From: Candidatus Multivoradales bacterium
Lineage (GTDB): Bacteria > Acidobacteriota > Thermoanaerobaculia > Multivoradales > JAHEKO01
Direction of reading: 5' to 3'
Length of the DNA stretch: 64,000 bases
NCBI GenBank assembly: GCA_965223855.1
Contig: CBDCXM010000009.1
Location: 3,162,006-3,226,005 of the forward strand
Under the pieces are notes generated by a model. The model worked only from the letters and a program-made list of their open reading frames with translations. It made no database searches and was not told the origin of the DNA. Position numbers and translations under genes: made by a program. Shown here piece after piece: positions 49,603 through 62,579 of the stretch; positions within the stretch are counted from its first letter, which is position 1, and each line of letters starts with the position of its first letter.

Positions 49603-52232
49603 GAGCCGAGTTCGTCGAGCGCTCTCTCGATGCTCGACCGGCGACTCTCCAGCTCCTCCAGCCGCGAGCGGTTCTTCTCCACCACCGCCTCGGGCGCCTT
49701 GCCGACGAAGCTCTCGTTCGACAGCAGCCCGTGCAGGCGATCGATCTGCGGCGTCAGATCGTCGAGTTCGGAACGCAGCCGCTCCCTCTCCTCGGCTTCG
49801 AGGTCACGGCCGGCGACGATCAGGGCGATGTCGGTGTCGGCCACCCGATCGCGGCTGGCGTCGGAGGGCAGTGCCTCGGCGACGCTCCACTCATCGAGCC
49901 CGGCGAGGCCGGAGGCAAGGGGTGCCTGCTCGTCGAGGAACGCAGCCCATTCCGCGTCGGCGGTGGCGAGCAGTACGCTCGCCTTCTCCTTCGGCTTGAG
50001 ACCGAGCGCCGCGCGCCGGTTGCGCACCCAGCCGATGACCTCCATGAAGCGCTCCATGTTGGCGTCGATCTCGGGAGCGAGCCACGACTCCTCGCCGCGC
50101 GGATAGGGGGCGAGAGTAATCGTCGCCCCATGGACCCCTTCCCGACCGGGAATGCGCTGCCATAGCTCCTCGGTGAGGAACGGCATGACGGGATGGAGCA
50201 GGCGGAGGCTGCGCTCGATCACGGTCAGCAGCACCTCGGCCACTCGGGGTCTCGGTGCGCCGCCGTCGTTCAGCGCAGGCTTGGCGAGCTCGATGTACCA
50301 GTCGCACAGCTCCCCCCAGAAGAAGCCGTAGAGCGCGCGGCAAGCCTCGTCGAAGCGGTAGGTCTCGAAGCGTTCGTTGACCTCCGCTTCCGCCCGTGCG
50401 AGGCGGGAGAGAATCCAGCGCTCCGGGGCCGCGAGCTCGTCCGGGTCGAGGTCGTCGGCGATCCGCGCCCCCTCGGTACGGCCGAGGCTGAAGCGCACCG
50501 CGTTCCAGATCTTGTTGCCGAAGGCGCGGTATCCCGCCATCCGCTCGCGATCGAGCGGGATGTCGCGACCGGGGCTGTCGAGCGCCGCGAGGGTGAAGCG
50601 CAGCGCATCGGCGCCGTACTCGTCGACCAACTCGAGCGGATCGACCGTGTTGCCCTTGGTCTTCGACATTTTCTGGCCGTCGGCGTCGCGCACCAGACCG
50701 GTCAGGTGGACCGTCTTGAAGGGCAGCCGGTCGGTGAAGTGGAGACCGGTCATCACCATCCGGGCGACCCAGAAGAAGAGGATGTCGAATCCGGTGACGA
50801 GGACGTCGGTCGGATAGAAGGTCTCGAGATCCTCCGTCTCCTCGGGCCAGCCGAGGGTCGAGAACGGCCAGAGGCCCGAGGAGAACCAGGTGTCGAGAAC
50901 GTCCGGGTCGCGCTCGAGCTCGGCGGTGCCGGCCTGCTCCGCAGCCGCCTCGCGACTCCTGGCGACGAAGACCTCTCCGTCCTTGCGGTACCAGGCGGGG
51001 ATGCGATGCCCCCACCAGAGCTGGCGGGAGACACACCACGGGCGGATGGTCGACAGCCAGTGCTCCCAGGTTCGGCGCCAGCTCTCGGGGACGAGCTCGA
51101 GGCGCTCCTCGCCGTCGCGGCCGAGCGCCCGCTCGGCCATCGACTCCACGTTGCAGAACCACTGCATCGAGACGAGCGGCTCGATCGGCACTCCGCTGCG
51201 CTGACAGTGCCCGACGTTGTGAACGTAGTCCTCGACCTTGACCAGCGCCCCTTCCTCCCGCAGCCGCTCGACGATGCGCTCGCGCGCTTCCGAGCGATCG
51301 AGCCCTGCCCACTCCTCCCCCGCCGCCTCGGTCATGCGGCCGAGCCGGTCGATCACCTGGACGTGCGGAAGACCGTGGCGCCGACCGATCTCGAAGTCGG
51401 TCAGATCGTGCGACGGCGTCACCTTGACGAGGCCGGTCCCGAAGTCGCGTTCCACCACGTCGTCGGCGACGAACGGCAGCTCCCGCCCGACGAGCGGCAG
51501 CACGGCGTGAGCGTCGGCGAGCCGGCCGTAGCGCTCGTCCTCGGGGTGGTAGGCGACGGCGGTGTCACCGAGCATCGTCTCCGGACGGGTGGTCGCGACG
51601 ACGATCGTCTCGTCCGAGCCGGCGATCGGGTAGGCGAGGTGATAGAGCTTCCCCTCGACCTCCTTCATCTCGACCTCGAGATCGGAGATTGCGGTGTCGA
51701 GCCCGGGCGACCAGTTCACCATGTACTCGCCGCGGTAGATCAACCCCTCCTCGTACAGCCGCACGAACGCCTCGGTCACCGCGGTCGACAGCCCGTCGTC
51801 CATCGTGAAGCGCTCGCGAGTCCAGTCACAGCTCGCTCCGAGGACGTCGAGCTGACGGCGGATGTTGCCCTGGTACTCCTCCTTCCACGCCCAGGTGCGC
51901 TCGAGGAACGCCTCCCTGCCCATCTCGAGTCGGGTCGTCCCTTCGCTCTCGACCTGCCGCTCGACCATGAGCTGGGTGGCGATGCCGGCATGGTCGGTGC
52001 CCGGGAGCCAGAGGGCGTTGTAACCCTGCATCCGCCGCCAGCGGGTCAGCAGGTCCTGAACCGTCGACTGCAGGGCATGCCCCATGTGCAGCCGCCCGGT
52101 GACGTTGGGCGGCGGAATCATGATGCAGAAGCTCGGCCGCTCAGAGCTCGCCTCGGCCACGAAGCAACCCTTCTCGGCCCACCACTGCTGCCACCGCTGC
52201 TCGTACGCAGAGGGATCGAAACGCTTTTCCAT
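49599..52232 (-). CDS. valS: Valine--tRNA ligase
   Basis: [18 protein letters not shown], and a C-terminal coiled coil. Confidence 0.98.
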   Translation of the reverse strand: MEKRFDPSAYEQRWQQWWAEKGCFVAEASSERPSFCIMIPPPNVTGRLHMGHALQSTVQDLLTRWRRMQGYNALWLPGTDHAGIATQLMVERQVESEGTTRLEMGREAFLERTWAWKEEYQGNIRRQLDVLGASCDWTRERFTMDDGLSTAVTEAFVRLYEEGLIYRGEYMVNWSPGLDTAISDLEVEMKEVEGKLYHLAYPIAGSDETIVVATTRPETMLGDTAVAYHPEDERYGRLADAHAVLPLVGRELPFVADDVVERDFGTGLVKVTPSHDLTDFEIGRRHGLPHVQVIDRLGRMTEAAGEEWAGLDRSEARERIVERLREEGALVKVEDYVHNVGHCQRSGVPIEPLVSMQWFCNVESMAERALGRDGEERLELVPESWRRTWEHWLSTIRPWCVSRQLWWGHRIPAWYRKDGEVFVARSREAAAEQAGTAELERDPDVLDTWFSSGLWPFSTLGWPEETEDLETFYPTDVLVTGFDILFFWVARMVMTGLHFTDRLPFKTVHLTGLVRDADGQKMSKTKGNTVDPLELVDEYGADALRFTLAALDSPGRDIPLDRERMAGYRAFGNKIWNAVRFSLGRTEGARIADDLDPDELAAPERWILSRLARAEAEVNERFETYRFDEACRALYGFFWGELCDWYIELAKPALNDGGAPRPRVAEVLLTVIERSLRLLHPVMPFLTEELWQRIPGREGVHGATITLAPYPRGEESWLAPEIDANMERFMEVIGWVRNRRAALGLKPKEKASVLLATADAEWAAFLDEQAPLASGLAGLDEWSVAEALPSDASRDRVADTDIALIVAGRDLEAEERERLRSELDDLTPQIDRLHGLLSNESFVGKAPEAVVEKNRSRLEELESRRSSIERALDELGS

Positions 52233-52305
52233 CGTCACTCGCCTCGCTGAGGAGATTCGCCGCCGTCACCTCCGGCGGCGCGTTCGGACGTCGCTCGAGG
52301 GGGCG

Positions 52306-53376
52306 CTACTCCGCCTCGGACTCGAGCTGGCGGATGCGATCCTTGATGGCGATCTCCGCCATGTCGGGGACGACGTCCCAGGCGACTTCGCGCACGATGT
52401 CGCCGCCCGCGAGCTCGACGACGCGGCGCGCGATCCGATCGACGTCCTCGTCACTGAGCGCTGCACCGCCGTCTGCAGCTGCGCTCCCGATCTCACCGTC
52501 GTGCCCGGACCCGGCTTCCGCCGCGACTGAAGGCTCGTCCTCCTCCGCGCTCGGCTCCCCGGCCGGCTCGACGATCGGATCGTCCGTCGACTCCTCGGCC
52601 GGCTCCATGCCGGCAGCGGCGGTCACCGCGCTGCTGAGCGCGTCCTCGTCGAGCAGCACCGTGTCGAAACCCGCTTCGCCGGAAGGCGGGTCCGCGTCGC
52701 CCACGGACCCCGGCTCGTCGGAGTCGTCGAGGCCGGGCTGCACATCGAGCGTCGGCTCGTCGTCCTGGCCGTCGTCCTCGCCATCGTCCCCGCCCAGATC
52801 GAAGCCCGCACCGAGCGAGCCGTCGGACACGTCTTCGAGCACATCGTCGGCGATCGTCTCGAAGGTGCTCGCCGCGGTTTCGGGAGCGACGGGCGTCTCT
52901 TCCGGCACTTCCCAGGCTGTCGGCTCGAGCCCGGCTGCGGTTTCGAAGCCGGTCGCCGACTCCTCTTCGGCGTCGGCTTCCTCCGCATCGGCAGCGGGCG
53001 CCGACTCACCGGCCTCGGCCACCAGCCGTTGGACAGTGCCCAGAAGCTCCTGGGAATCGAACGGCTTCTTGAGATGGGCTTCGGCACCGCAGGCCGCCAG
53101 CTCGTCCTGGTCCAGCGCCTCGAAGGTGCCCACCAGAAGCAGGACCGGCAGGCCGGGCGAGAGCTCCTTGGCCCGTCGGCAGACCTCGTAGCCCGACGGA
53201 CCGGGCATGTGCACATCCGCCACGACGATGGCGGGAAGCTCGTCCTCGAGACGGGCGATCGCATCGTCGCCGCTGCCGACCACCGTGACCTCGAACGGCT
53301 CGTCCATGAAGGTGAGTTCGACGACCTTCTGGATCGTCAGGCTGTCGTCCGCCAACAGAATGCGCTGGTCCATCAC
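52306..53376 (-). CDS. Response regulator (receiver, acidic linker, conserved C-terminal helix)
   Basis: ILLADDS...DVHMPGPSGYEVC; C-terminal VREVAWDVVPDMAE. Confidence 0.85.
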   Translation of the reverse strand: MMDQRILLADDSLTIQKVVELTFMDEPFEVTVVGSGDDAIARLEDELPAIVVADVHMPGPSGYEVCRRAKELSPGLPVLLLVGTFEALDQDELAACGAEAHLKKPFDSQELLGTVQRLVAEAGESAPAADAEEADAEEESATGFETAAGLEPTAWEVPEETPVAPETAASTFETIADDVLEDVSDGSLGAGFDLGGDDGEDDGQDDEPTLDVQPGLDDSDEPGSVGDADPPSGEAGFDTVLLDEDALSSAVTAAAGMEPAEESTDDPIVEPAGEPSAEEDEPSVAAEAGSGHDGEIGSAAADGGAALSDEDVDRIARRVVELAGGDIVREVAWDVVPDMAEIAIKDRIRQLESEAE

Positions 53377-53498
53377 TCAAGCTCCCGCTTTGTCCGAGGC
53401 TTCGCCACCAGGGAAACCCGGGCAGTATAGATCAAGGTCGTTCGATGTGCCGGTGGAGTCTCACTCCCACCGGCGCCGGCCTCACCCACCGCTGATCC

Positions 53499-54659
53499 TC
53501 AACCGCCACGCAGCAGATGGCGGGCGGTCACGAGCCGCTGCATCTCGCTCGTCCCTTCGTAGATCGTCGTCACCCTGACGTCGCGATAGAGCCGCGAGAT
53601 CTCGTACTCGTCCGAGAAGCCGTTGCCGCCGTGGATCTGCACGCCGGCGTAGCAAGCGCGGTTCGCAGCCTCGGAGGCGTAGAGCTTCGCCTGCGCTGCG
53701 AGGCGCCCGCCGTCACGCCGCGCCTCGTGAAGCGCGGCGTGCCGGGTCAGGCAGCGTGCCGCCTCCAGCTCGGTCGCCATCTGGGCCAACTGGAACTGGA
53801 TCGCCTGGTGGCGAGCGATCGGCACTCCGAACTGGACCCGTTCGAGCGCATAGTCGATCGAGAGCTCGAGCGCCCGCTGGTGGATCCCTACCGCCTGGGC
53901 AGCGATACCGAGTCGGGAGTGGTCGAGGGTGGCGAGCGCGATCTTGAACCCCTGCCCTACCTCGCCCAGCAGGTGGTCCGCCGGAATCCGGCAGCCGTTG
54001 AGCAGCAGCGGCGCCGTGCGCGACGCCTTGAGCCCCATCTTCCGTTCGGGAGCGCCGATCTCGAGGCCCGGCGCATCGGCCGGCACGACGAAGGCCGTGA
54101 TCCCGCGCGCTCCCCCTTCGGGATCGGTCTTCGCGAGCACCACGTAGACACCGGCGATGCCGGCATTGGTGATCCAGGCTTTCTCACCATCGATCACCCA
54201 GTGATCGCCGTCGCGCACCGCTGACGTGCGCAGGCTCCCGGCGTCACTGCCGGCGCCCGGCTCGGTCAGCCCGAAGCCGCCGATCATCCCACCGCTGGAG
54301 AGCTCGGGCAGATAGTGCTCGCGCAGCGCTTCGTTGCCGAACCGGTAGATCGGCCAGGCGCAGACCGAGTTGGTGACGCTCATCGTGACGGCGACCGACG
54401 GGCACACCCGCGCGATCTCCTCGACCGCGACGACATAGCTCACCGTGTCGAAGCCTGCGCCGCCGGCATCCTCTCCGACCAGCATGCCGAGAAGGCCGAG
54501 CGCGCCCATCTCGGCGATGATCTCGGTCGGGAACTCGTGACTCGCCTCGCGCTCCTCCAGACCGGGGCGGATGCGCTCCTCGGCGAAGCGGCGCACCTCG
54601 CCGCGCAGCAGCTCCTGATCCTCGTCGAGGTCGAAGTCGACGGTGCGTAAGGACTCCAT
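53499..54659 (-). CDS. Acyl-CoA dehydrogenase
   Basis: [26 protein letters not shown] and IYEGTSE motifs. Confidence 0.95.
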   Translation of the reverse strand: MESLRTVDFDLDEDQELLRGEVRRFAEERIRPGLEEREASHEFPTEIIAEMGALGLLGMLVGEDAGGAGFDTVSYVVAVEEIARVCPSVAVTMSVTNSVCAWPIYRFGNEALREHYLPELSSGGMIGGFGLTEPGAGSDAGSLRTSAVRDGDHWVIDGEKAWITNAGIAGVYVVLAKTDPEGGARGITAFVVPADAPGLEIGAPERKMGLKASRTAPLLLNGCRIPADHLLGEVGQGFKIALATLDHSRLGIAAQAVGIHQRALELSIDYALERVQFGVPIARHQAIQFQLAQMATELEAARCLTRHAALHEARRDGGRLAAQAKLYASEAANRACYAGVQIHGGNGFSDEYEISRLYRDVRVTTIYEGTSEMQRLVTARHLLRGG

Positions 54660-54664
54660 GCGGA

Positions 54665-55807
54665 TCAGCGCTTGAGCAGCGACGCGGCGATCACCATCCG
54701 CTGCACCTCGCTCGTCCCTTCGTAGATCTCGGTGATCCGGGCGTCACGGAAGTAGCGCTCGACGTTGTACTCCTTGGTGTAACCGTAGCCGCCGTGGATC
54801 TGAAGCGCCTTGCTGGTGACCTTCTGCGCCATCTCCGAAGTGAAGAGCTTCGCCTGCGCCGCTTCGAGCGTGTAGCGCTTCCTGTTCTCCTTCGCCCAGG
54901 CCGCCTTCCAGGTCAGCAGCCTTCCGGCGTCGATCTCGGTCGACATGTCGGCGAGGTAGAACTGGATCGCCTGGAAGTTCGAGATCGGCTGGCCGAACTG
55001 CTCACGCTCGCCCGAGTAGCGCTGCGCCTCCTCGAAGGCGCCCTGGGCGATGCCGACCGCCTGCGCCGAAATGCCGATCCGGCCTCCGTCGAGCGTCGCC
55101 ATGGCGATCTTGAAGCCGTCGCCCTCCTCACCCAGTCGCTGGCTGGCGGGAACCCGCAGATTCTCGAAGAAGAGCTCGGTCGTGCCGGAAGCGTTGACGC
55201 CGAGCTTGTACTCGTGGCCGCTCGTCCGGTAGCCGTCACTTCCCGCCTCGACCAGGAAGGCGGTTATCCCCCTGTGCTTCGCCTCGAGGTCGACCGTGGC
55301 GAACACCAGCGCGACGTCGGCGTGGGTGCCGTTGGTGATGAACACCTTGCTGCCGTCGAGCACGTAGTCGTCACCGTCGCGGCGCGCAGTGGTGCGCAAC
55401 GCCGCCGCGTCGCTCCCCGCGCCCGGCTCGGTGAGGGCAAAGCAGCCGAGCTTCTCGCCCGCCGCCAGCGGCGCGAGGAACGTCTTCTTCTGCTCCTCGT
55501 TGCCGAACTGCAGGATCGGGTCGCAGACGAGCGAGTTGTTGACCGAGAGGATGACGCCGCTGGTGGCGCACACCCGGCTGATCTCTTCGATCACCAGGCA
55601 GTAGGACAGAGTGTCCATGCCGGCACCGCCGTACTCCTCCGGGACCGCCACCCCGCCGAGGCCGAGTTCGGCCGCCTGGTCGAAGTAGTCGCGCGGAAAC
55701 TCGCCGCTCTCGTCGATCTCTCTGGCGCGTGGCGCCACCACTTCGTCGGCGAAGCGGCGAACGGTCTCGCGGAGGAGCTGCTGTTCTTCGTTGAGTCGGA
55801 TCTGCAT
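54665..55807 (-). CDS. Acyl-CoA dehydrogenase (butyryl-CoA dehydrogenase-like)
   Basis: [19 protein letters not shown] and IYEGTSE motifs. Confidence 0.95.
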   Translation of the reverse strand: MQIRLNEEQQLLRETVRRFADEVVAPRAREIDESGEFPRDYFDQAAELGLGGVAVPEEYGGAGMDTLSYCLVIEEISRVCATSGVILSVNNSLVCDPILQFGNEEQKKTFLAPLAAGEKLGCFALTEPGAGSDAAALRTTARRDGDDYVLDGSKVFITNGTHADVALVFATVDLEAKHRGITAFLVEAGSDGYRTSGHEYKLGVNASGTTELFFENLRVPASQRLGEEGDGFKIAMATLDGGRIGISAQAVGIAQGAFEEAQRYSGEREQFGQPISNFQAIQFYLADMSTEIDAGRLLTWKAAWAKENRKRYTLEAAQAKLFTSEMAQKVTSKALQIHGGYGYTKEYNVERYFRDARITEIYEGTSEVQRMVIAASLLKR

Positions 55808-55868
55808 CGGAAACTCCTCCAGAGGGCGCCGGAGAGGTGAGCGGACGGCCGCCCGGCGGCGTCGGTCG

Positions 55869-55908
55869 AAAGTAGCAACGGCGCGAAACCCCGGTCAAGA
55901 ATGACCGG
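55869..55908 (-). promoter_or_regulatory. Promoter TTGACC-18-TACTTT with overlapping palindrome CCGGTCA-N4-TGACCGG
   Basis: Palindrome at 55891-55908 covers the -35 box upstream of the acyl-CoA dehydrogenase pair. Confidence 0.55.
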
Positions 55909-55922
55909 TCGAAAACGCCCGG

Positions 55923-57326
<1,404 letters not shown>

Positions 57327-57601
57327 CGGAGGCAGTTTAGCAACGGGTTGACGCGCTTTGACCTTCGCCTTCGCTCCGACGAGGGGAAGCGCCACACGGC
57401 CCTTCCCGAATTCGAGCGGCGAGTGCCGGGAAGAAGGCGGCTTGGCAAAGTCGGGCTTCGGCAAGCGCTACCGGTGCGGTCGCGGCGAGGCCGCGGCGAA
57501 GGGCTTCGGGTACGAAGGTTCGGGCGGCAGTCTGGAGCAGGCTTGACCCGAGGAGATCGACGGAGGTCGGTGGGGCCGAGGCCGGCGGCTGCGCTGCTCG
57601 C

Positions 57602-60001
57602 TCAGTCGCGCCAGACGTCGCGAAGCTCGGCGAGCGGGGCGGGGCGGGCGACGTGGAAGCCCTGGGCGTAGTCGACCTGAATCGCCTGCAGCGCTTCGAG
57701 CGTCTGCGCGTCCTCCACCGACTCGGCGACGGTGCGCATCTGCATCACGTGCCCGATCTGGTTGATCGCCTCGACGAGGGCGCGCTGGATCGGATCGCGC
57801 GTCAGCCCCTTGACGAACTGCCCGTCGATCTTGATCAGGCCGACGGGGAGATTGCGAAGGTAGCCGAACGAACTCAGCCCGGCGCCGAAATCGTCGAGCA
57901 CGAAGACGCAGCCGAGGCCCCGCAGGGCGGTGATGAAGCGCATCGCCCGGCCGAGATGGGAGATCGCAGCGGTCTCGGTGATCTCGAAATAGACCCGCGA
58001 AGGATCGACGCGCGAGGTCTCGAACTGCTCCATGACGAACTGCAGGAACGTCTCGTCGCCGAGGGACTGGCCGGAGAGGTTGATGGCGAATGCGACATCG
58101 GCGAAACCCGGCGCGTCGCCGTTCTCCGCCAACTCCTGAAGGGCCTGGCGGACGACCCAGCGATCGATCATCGCCGCGACGCCGTGCCCCTCGGCCACCC
58201 GCATGAACTCGGCGGGCAGCACCAGTTCACCGTCGTCGTCGCGCATCCGCAGGAGCAGCTCGATGATCTTGCGCTCGCGGTCGTAGAGCGGCTGGATCGG
58301 CTGCCCGTAGATCTCGAACTTGTCGGTCGCCAGCGCGTGCTGCACCGACTGCACCAGCTCGAGCTGATCTCGGCGCTCGGAAAGAACCGAGTCGTCGGGG
58401 CTGTAGACCTCGACCCGGTTCGAGCCGTTCTTCTTGGCGATGTAGCAGGCGCCGTCCGCGGCTCCCAGGACCTCGGCGACGCTCGACGTCTGCCCGTCGA
58501 TCCCCACCAGACCGGCACTCGCGGTGACGTTGAACACCTTGTCCTCCCAAGAGAACCGGAACATCTTGATGTCCTTGCACAGCGAGTTGGCGATGTCGCG
58601 CGCCTTGGGCAGCGGGCAGTCGGTGAGCAGCACGCCGAACTCGTCTCCCCCCAGGCGGCCGAGGGTGTCGGTCCCGCGGAAGTTGCAGCGAAGGAGCGAG
58701 CCGATCTGCTTGAGCATCTCGTCGCCGGCCAGATGACCGCAGGTGTCGTTGATGATCTTGAAGTTGTCGAGATCGACGTAGCACAGCGCGTGGACGCGCC
58801 CCTCGGAGCGGGCGTCGGCGAGAGCGTCCCCCAAACGGCGCTCGAACTCGACGCGGTCGAAAAGTCCCGTCAGCCCGTCGTGGGTCGCCCGGAAGAGCAT
58901 CTGGCTCTCGAGGCCGCGCAGCTCGGAGAGGTCGCGGATCTCGATCACCCACGCGGGATCGCCCTGATGGGTCTGGAGCTGCCGCAGCTCGCAGCGGACC
59001 GGCAGCTCGGTGCCGTCGCGCCGGATGAGGCGGTTGTGGGTGCTGCCGTCGAGCAGCACACCGGTTCCGACTTCGATCGGCTCCCCGGACTCCTCGTCGA
59101 CGAGGCGCACGACCGAGCCGGCCGCGCGTCCGAGCGCTTCCTCCGACCGCCAGCGTGTCATCCGCTCCGCCGCCGAGTTGATCGCCACCACCTCGCCCTC
59201 GCCGTCGATCCGCACCACTCCGTCGGCGAGGTGGTCGAGCAGCGCCATGTGCATCGACAGCTGCCCTTCGAGTTCGACGTCCCTGCGCCCCCCGCTCCCG
59301 TGGCCGACGGCGACACCGCTGACCGCGACCGCTTCACCACCGTCGCTGTGCCAGGTGCGGCCGCGCAACTCGACCCAGAGCGCCTGGCCGGAGTCGTCGA
59401 CGAAACGGGCGTCGGCATGGAAGGGGCCGCTGTCGATCGCCCGCCGCAGTGCGTTTTTCACCCCGGGAACGTCCTCCGGATGGACCTTCTCGAGCACCTC
59501 CTCGAACGGCAGGGACCTGAGCTTGCCGCCGAATCGCTTCGGCAGCCGGTTGGGAACCGACACCTTGAGGGTTCGCAGATCGAGTTCCCAGCTCATCATG
59601 CGGCCGCCGCGGTGCGCTCGCGCTACCTCGTTGAGTCGCCGGGCGAGAGCGCGTTGCATCGCCTTCTGCTCGCTGACGTCCACCAGCAGGACGAGCCCGT
59701 CTCCGCCGTCTGTTCGCTCGAGCCACTGAAGGACGAAGTTGCGGTTGTCGGACGTCCCGCCTCCCTGGACCACCGCTCCGTCGATCGGCTCGGCTCCCTC
59801 GTTGCCGGGGGCCAGGGGGAAGGCGTCGGCGAAGGATCGGCCGACGATAGCCGGGAACTCGTCGCTCGCCAGAGGACTGGCATCGATCACGTCGCCCTCT
59901 TCGATTCGAAGCCAGAACAGCGCAGGGCTTCCGAGGAAGCCCTCGGGCAAAGGTTCCGCCTCGAGATCGGCGGTGGCGGTCTCGTCTTCCAGAACGGACA
60001 T
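57602..60001 (-). CDS. PAS-GGDEF-EAL protein
   Basis: PAS folds; RLGGDEF, ELLLR and LDDFGAG motifs. Confidence 0.93.
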   Translation of the reverse strand: MSVLEDETATADLEAEPLPEGFLGSPALFWLRIEEGDVIDASPLASDEFPAIVGRSFADAFPLAPGNEGAEPIDGAVVQGGGTSDNRNFVLQWLERTDGGDGLVLLVDVSEQKAMQRALARRLNEVARAHRGGRMMSWELDLRTLKVSVPNRLPKRFGGKLRSLPFEEVLEKVHPEDVPGVKNALRRAIDSGPFHADARFVDDSGQALWVELRGRTWHSDGGEAVAVSGVAVGHGSGGRRDVELEGQLSMHMALLDHLADGVVRIDGEGEVVAINSAAERMTRWRSEEALGRAAGSVVRLVDEESGEPIEVGTGVLLDGSTHNRLIRRDGTELPVRCELRQLQTHQGDPAWVIEIRDLSELRGLESQMLFRATHDGLTGLFDRVEFERRLGDALADARSEGRVHALCYVDLDNFKIINDTCGHLAGDEMLKQIGSLLRCNFRGTDTLGRLGGDEFGVLLTDCPLPKARDIANSLCKDIKMFRFSWEDKVFNVTASAGLVGIDGQTSSVAEVLGAADGACYIAKKNGSNRVEVYSPDDSVLSERRDQLELVQSVQHALATDKFEIYGQPIQPLYDRERKIIELLLRMRDDDGELVLPAEFMRVAEGHGVAAMIDRWVVRQALQELAENGDAPGFADVAFAINLSGQSLGDETFLQFVMEQFETSRVDPSRVYFEITETAAISHLGRAMRFITALRGLGCVFVLDDFGAGLSSFGYLRNLPVGLIKIDGQFVKGLTRDPIQRALVEAINQIGHVMQMRTVAESVEDAQTLEALQAIQVDYAQGFHVARPAPLAELRDVWRD

Positions 60002-60114
60002 TCAGTCAGGCAGTTCGAGCGGCAGGCCCAACGGGCCTCGCCGCGTCTGGTCAGCAGAAACGCTGGCTGAGTTTACTACCCCCGGCCGCGCCGACACCAA
60101 AGCCAGGTGCGCAC

Positions 60115-60148
60115 AAGAAGAAAGGGGCCGGCTCTCGAAGCCGGCCCC
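60115..60148 (-). terminator. Intrinsic terminator after the DegP/DegQ protease gene
   Basis: GGGGCCGGCT-N5-AGCCGGCCCC stem followed by TTTCTTCTT on the minus strand. Confidence 0.75.
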
Positions 60149-60180
60149 CAAGGAGGTCGTGAAACGCCGCGCCGGGCGGT

Positions 60181-61677
60181 TCAGGGTTTGCTGGGGAAGG
60201 CGAACACCGGCTGCACCTCATTGCCGTTGGCGAAGCGCCGCACGAACATGCGCAGCCTCGAGCCGGAGGGTGCGTCACCGACGATCCGCTCGAGATCGGC
60301 CACCGAGCGCACCGGCTCGCCGTTGACGCTCTCGATGACGCTGATCACCTGATCGGTCCGGACCCCCGCCTCGTAGAGCGGACTGCGCGGCGAGATGTCG
60401 GTGATCCAGACGCCGTTCACGTCGTCGGGAAGGCCGTGCATGCTGCGGATGCCCGGGACCATGTCCTGGTACCGGATACCGAGCCACTCGATGCCGCTCT
60501 CGGACTCCTCAGCCTCGGGCTCTGCCTCGCCGGACTCGAGGGTGCGTTCGGTGAGAACCACCTCGAGCTCCGTCCGCTCACCGTCGCGCAACAGGGTGAG
60601 GTCGACCCTGGCGCCCGGCCCCTGGTCGGACACGTAGTCGATCAGGCCACGGGTGTTCTCGATCGGGTTGCCGTCGACTTCGAGGACGATGTCTCCGACC
60701 CTGACGCCGGCCTCTTCGGCGGGCATGTCTTCCGTCACCCCCATCACGAGGGCGCCGTCGGTCGAGCCGAGGCCGAACGCCTCGGCCGCCTCCTGCTCGA
60801 GATCGACGACCGACAGGCCGAGGAAGCCACGACGCACCCTGCCGTGCTCCTGGAGCTGCGGCAGCACGGTCTTGAGGACGTTCACCGGGACGGCGAAGCC
60901 GATGTTCTCCGACCCCCAGTTGATCGCCGTGTTGATGCCGATCACCTCGCCGGAGAGGTTCATCAGCGGCCCACCCGAGTTACCGAAGTTGATGGCGGCA
61001 TCGGTCTGGATGAAGTTCTCGAAGGAGTTGGTCTCGTTCGAGATCCCGATCCGGCGCTGCTTCGCGCTCACCACACCGACGGTGACCGAGTTGTCGAGAC
61101 CGGCAGGTGAACCGATCGCCATCACCCAGTCGCCCGGTCTGAGCGAGTCGCTGTCGCCGAGCGAGAGATACGGCAGCGGATCGTCCGAGTCGATCTTGAG
61201 AAGAGCGAGGTCGGTGGCCGGGTCGGTCCCCTTCACTTCCGCCTCATAGTCACGCTCGCCGACGCGAACCTGCAACTCCTCGGCGCCGCGGATGACGTGG
61301 TTGTTGGTGACGACATAGCCGTCCTCGGAAACGAGGAACCCGCTGCCACCCGACTCGCGCCGGAACTCACGGTCGTCGTCGCGCGGACCGCGAGGCCCCA
61401 TGAAGAATTCGAACGGCTGGTTACGGCCGCGCTCCTCGGCGCTCTCGAACGAGCTGGCGTCGATCGACACGACGGCCGGCGAGACGCGCTCGGCGAGGTC
61501 GGCGAGGCTCGGCAGCCCGTGCTGCATCGGCACCGCCGATGCGGGACTCGAACCGCTGCCGACCTGCGAGACGGCTCGCGGCGTGAAGTCGAGGCCGCCC
61601 GAGAGGATCATGCCGAAGACGACGGCTCCGAAGACGAGCGCCGCCGTGGTGGTCTGTCTCTTTAGGTCCTTGCTCAT
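60181..61677 (-). CDS. DegP/DegQ-family serine protease with PDZ domains
   Basis: GSGF, TNNHVI, TDLALLK and AINFGNSGGPL motifs; two PDZ domains. Confidence 0.93.
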   Translation of the reverse strand: MSKDLKRQTTTAALVFGAVVFGMILSGGLDFTPRAVSQVGSGSSPASAVPMQHGLPSLADLAERVSPAVVSIDASSFESAEERGRNQPFEFFMGPRGPRDDDREFRRESGGSGFLVSEDGYVVTNNHVIRGAEELQVRVGERDYEAEVKGTDPATDLALLKIDSDDPLPYLSLGDSDSLRPGDWVMAIGSPAGLDNSVTVGVVSAKQRRIGISNETNSFENFIQTDAAINFGNSGGPLMNLSGEVIGINTAINWGSENIGFAVPVNVLKTVLPQLQEHGRVRRGFLGLSVVDLEQEAAEAFGLGSTDGALVMGVTEDMPAEEAGVRVGDIVLEVDGNPIENTRGLIDYVSDQGPGARVDLTLLRDGERTELEVVLTERTLESGEAEPEAEESESGIEWLGIRYQDMVPGIRSMHGLPDDVNGVWITDISPRSPLYEAGVRTDQVISVIESVNGEPVRSVADLERIVGDAPSGSRLRMFVRRFANGNEVQPVFAFPSKP

Positions 61678-61943
61678 GGAAATCGCACTCTCCCGATGTC
61701 GTTCTTTCCCGATCGCGTTCCAGCGGGGCGAACCCGGTCAGGGCTCTGCCCCCCCTCGAGTAAGCAAGCGCGCTGCCAACTCCGCGGGAGCCGACCTCCT
61801 CGGATCCTGGTGGATCCCGACGGGAGGGGGTGGCGCGATCGGCCCATCGACGGGAGGACGAGGTGCCAAATTGGCGCCCTTCGCCGCCCCTCTCCGATCC
61901 CCGATGGAGCGCCTGCTCACCTTGCCTCACCGCCCTGGAATGG

Positions 61944-61973
61944 TTGAATTTCGACCCTCTTTCGGGCTATACT
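61944..61973 (+). promoter_or_regulatory. sigma70 promoter of rimP-nusA
   Basis: TTGAAT-18-TATACT. Confidence 0.6.
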
Positions 61974-62004
61974 CCATGAGTCACTGAATCGTTGTTCGTC
62001 GATG

Positions 62005-62030
62005 AAGTGGGCTTTGGCCCGCTTTTTTTT
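62005..62030 (+). terminator. rimP leader hairpin/attenuator
   Basis: AAGTGGGC-TTTG-GCCCGCTTTTTTTT, matching the widely conserved rimP leader terminator. Confidence 0.8.
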
Positions 62031-62067
62031 GTCTCTGGCGAAGCGACGAGAGGACACGAAACGCACC

Positions 62068-62529
62068 TTGAGTCAGGCCCTGAAGAACCCGGAATTGCAC
62101 GAAGAGTTCGCGGCGATCGCTCGCGACTGTGGCTGCAGCGTGCTCGAGGCCGACTTCCGCGGCGGCGTGCTCAAGATCGTGCTCGATCACCCGGACGGCG
62201 TCACGCTCGAACACTGCCAGACCGTGTCCAAGCAGGCGTCGGCGCTGCTCGACGTCGCCGACTGGGGCCCCGGGCGGTACACCCTCGAGGTGACCTCTCC
62301 CGGCCTCGACCGCAAGCTCTACGGCAAGGACGACTATCAGCGTTTCGTCGGCGAGACGGTCCGGGTCACGTTCCATCCCGAGGGGGGGAAGAAGACCGTC
62401 GAGGGCGTGCTCGAGTCGACCGGCGACCCGAAAGGTGCGACAACCGTTCGCGTCAACGTCCAGGGCGAGCCGATCGACATCCCCTTCTCCACCATCGAGG
62501 GCGCACGGCTGGTTCCGGATTTCTCCTAG
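62068..62529 (+). CDS. rimP: Ribosome maturation factor RimP
   Basis: GVTLEHCQTVS...LLDV...YTLEVTSPGLDRKL; TTG start downstream of the leader hairpin. Confidence 0.93.
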   Translation: MSQALKNPELHEEFAAIARDCGCSVLEADFRGGVLKIVLDHPDGVTLEHCQTVSKQASALLDVADWGPGRYTLEVTSPGLDRKLYGKDDYQRFVGETVRVTFHPEGGKKTVEGVLESTGDPKGATTVRVNVQGEPIDIPFSTIEGARLVPDFS

Positions 62530-62579
62530 GCCGCCCTTCCCACCGCAAGACCAGTTCCTTCACCAGAGGCAGCATAGAA

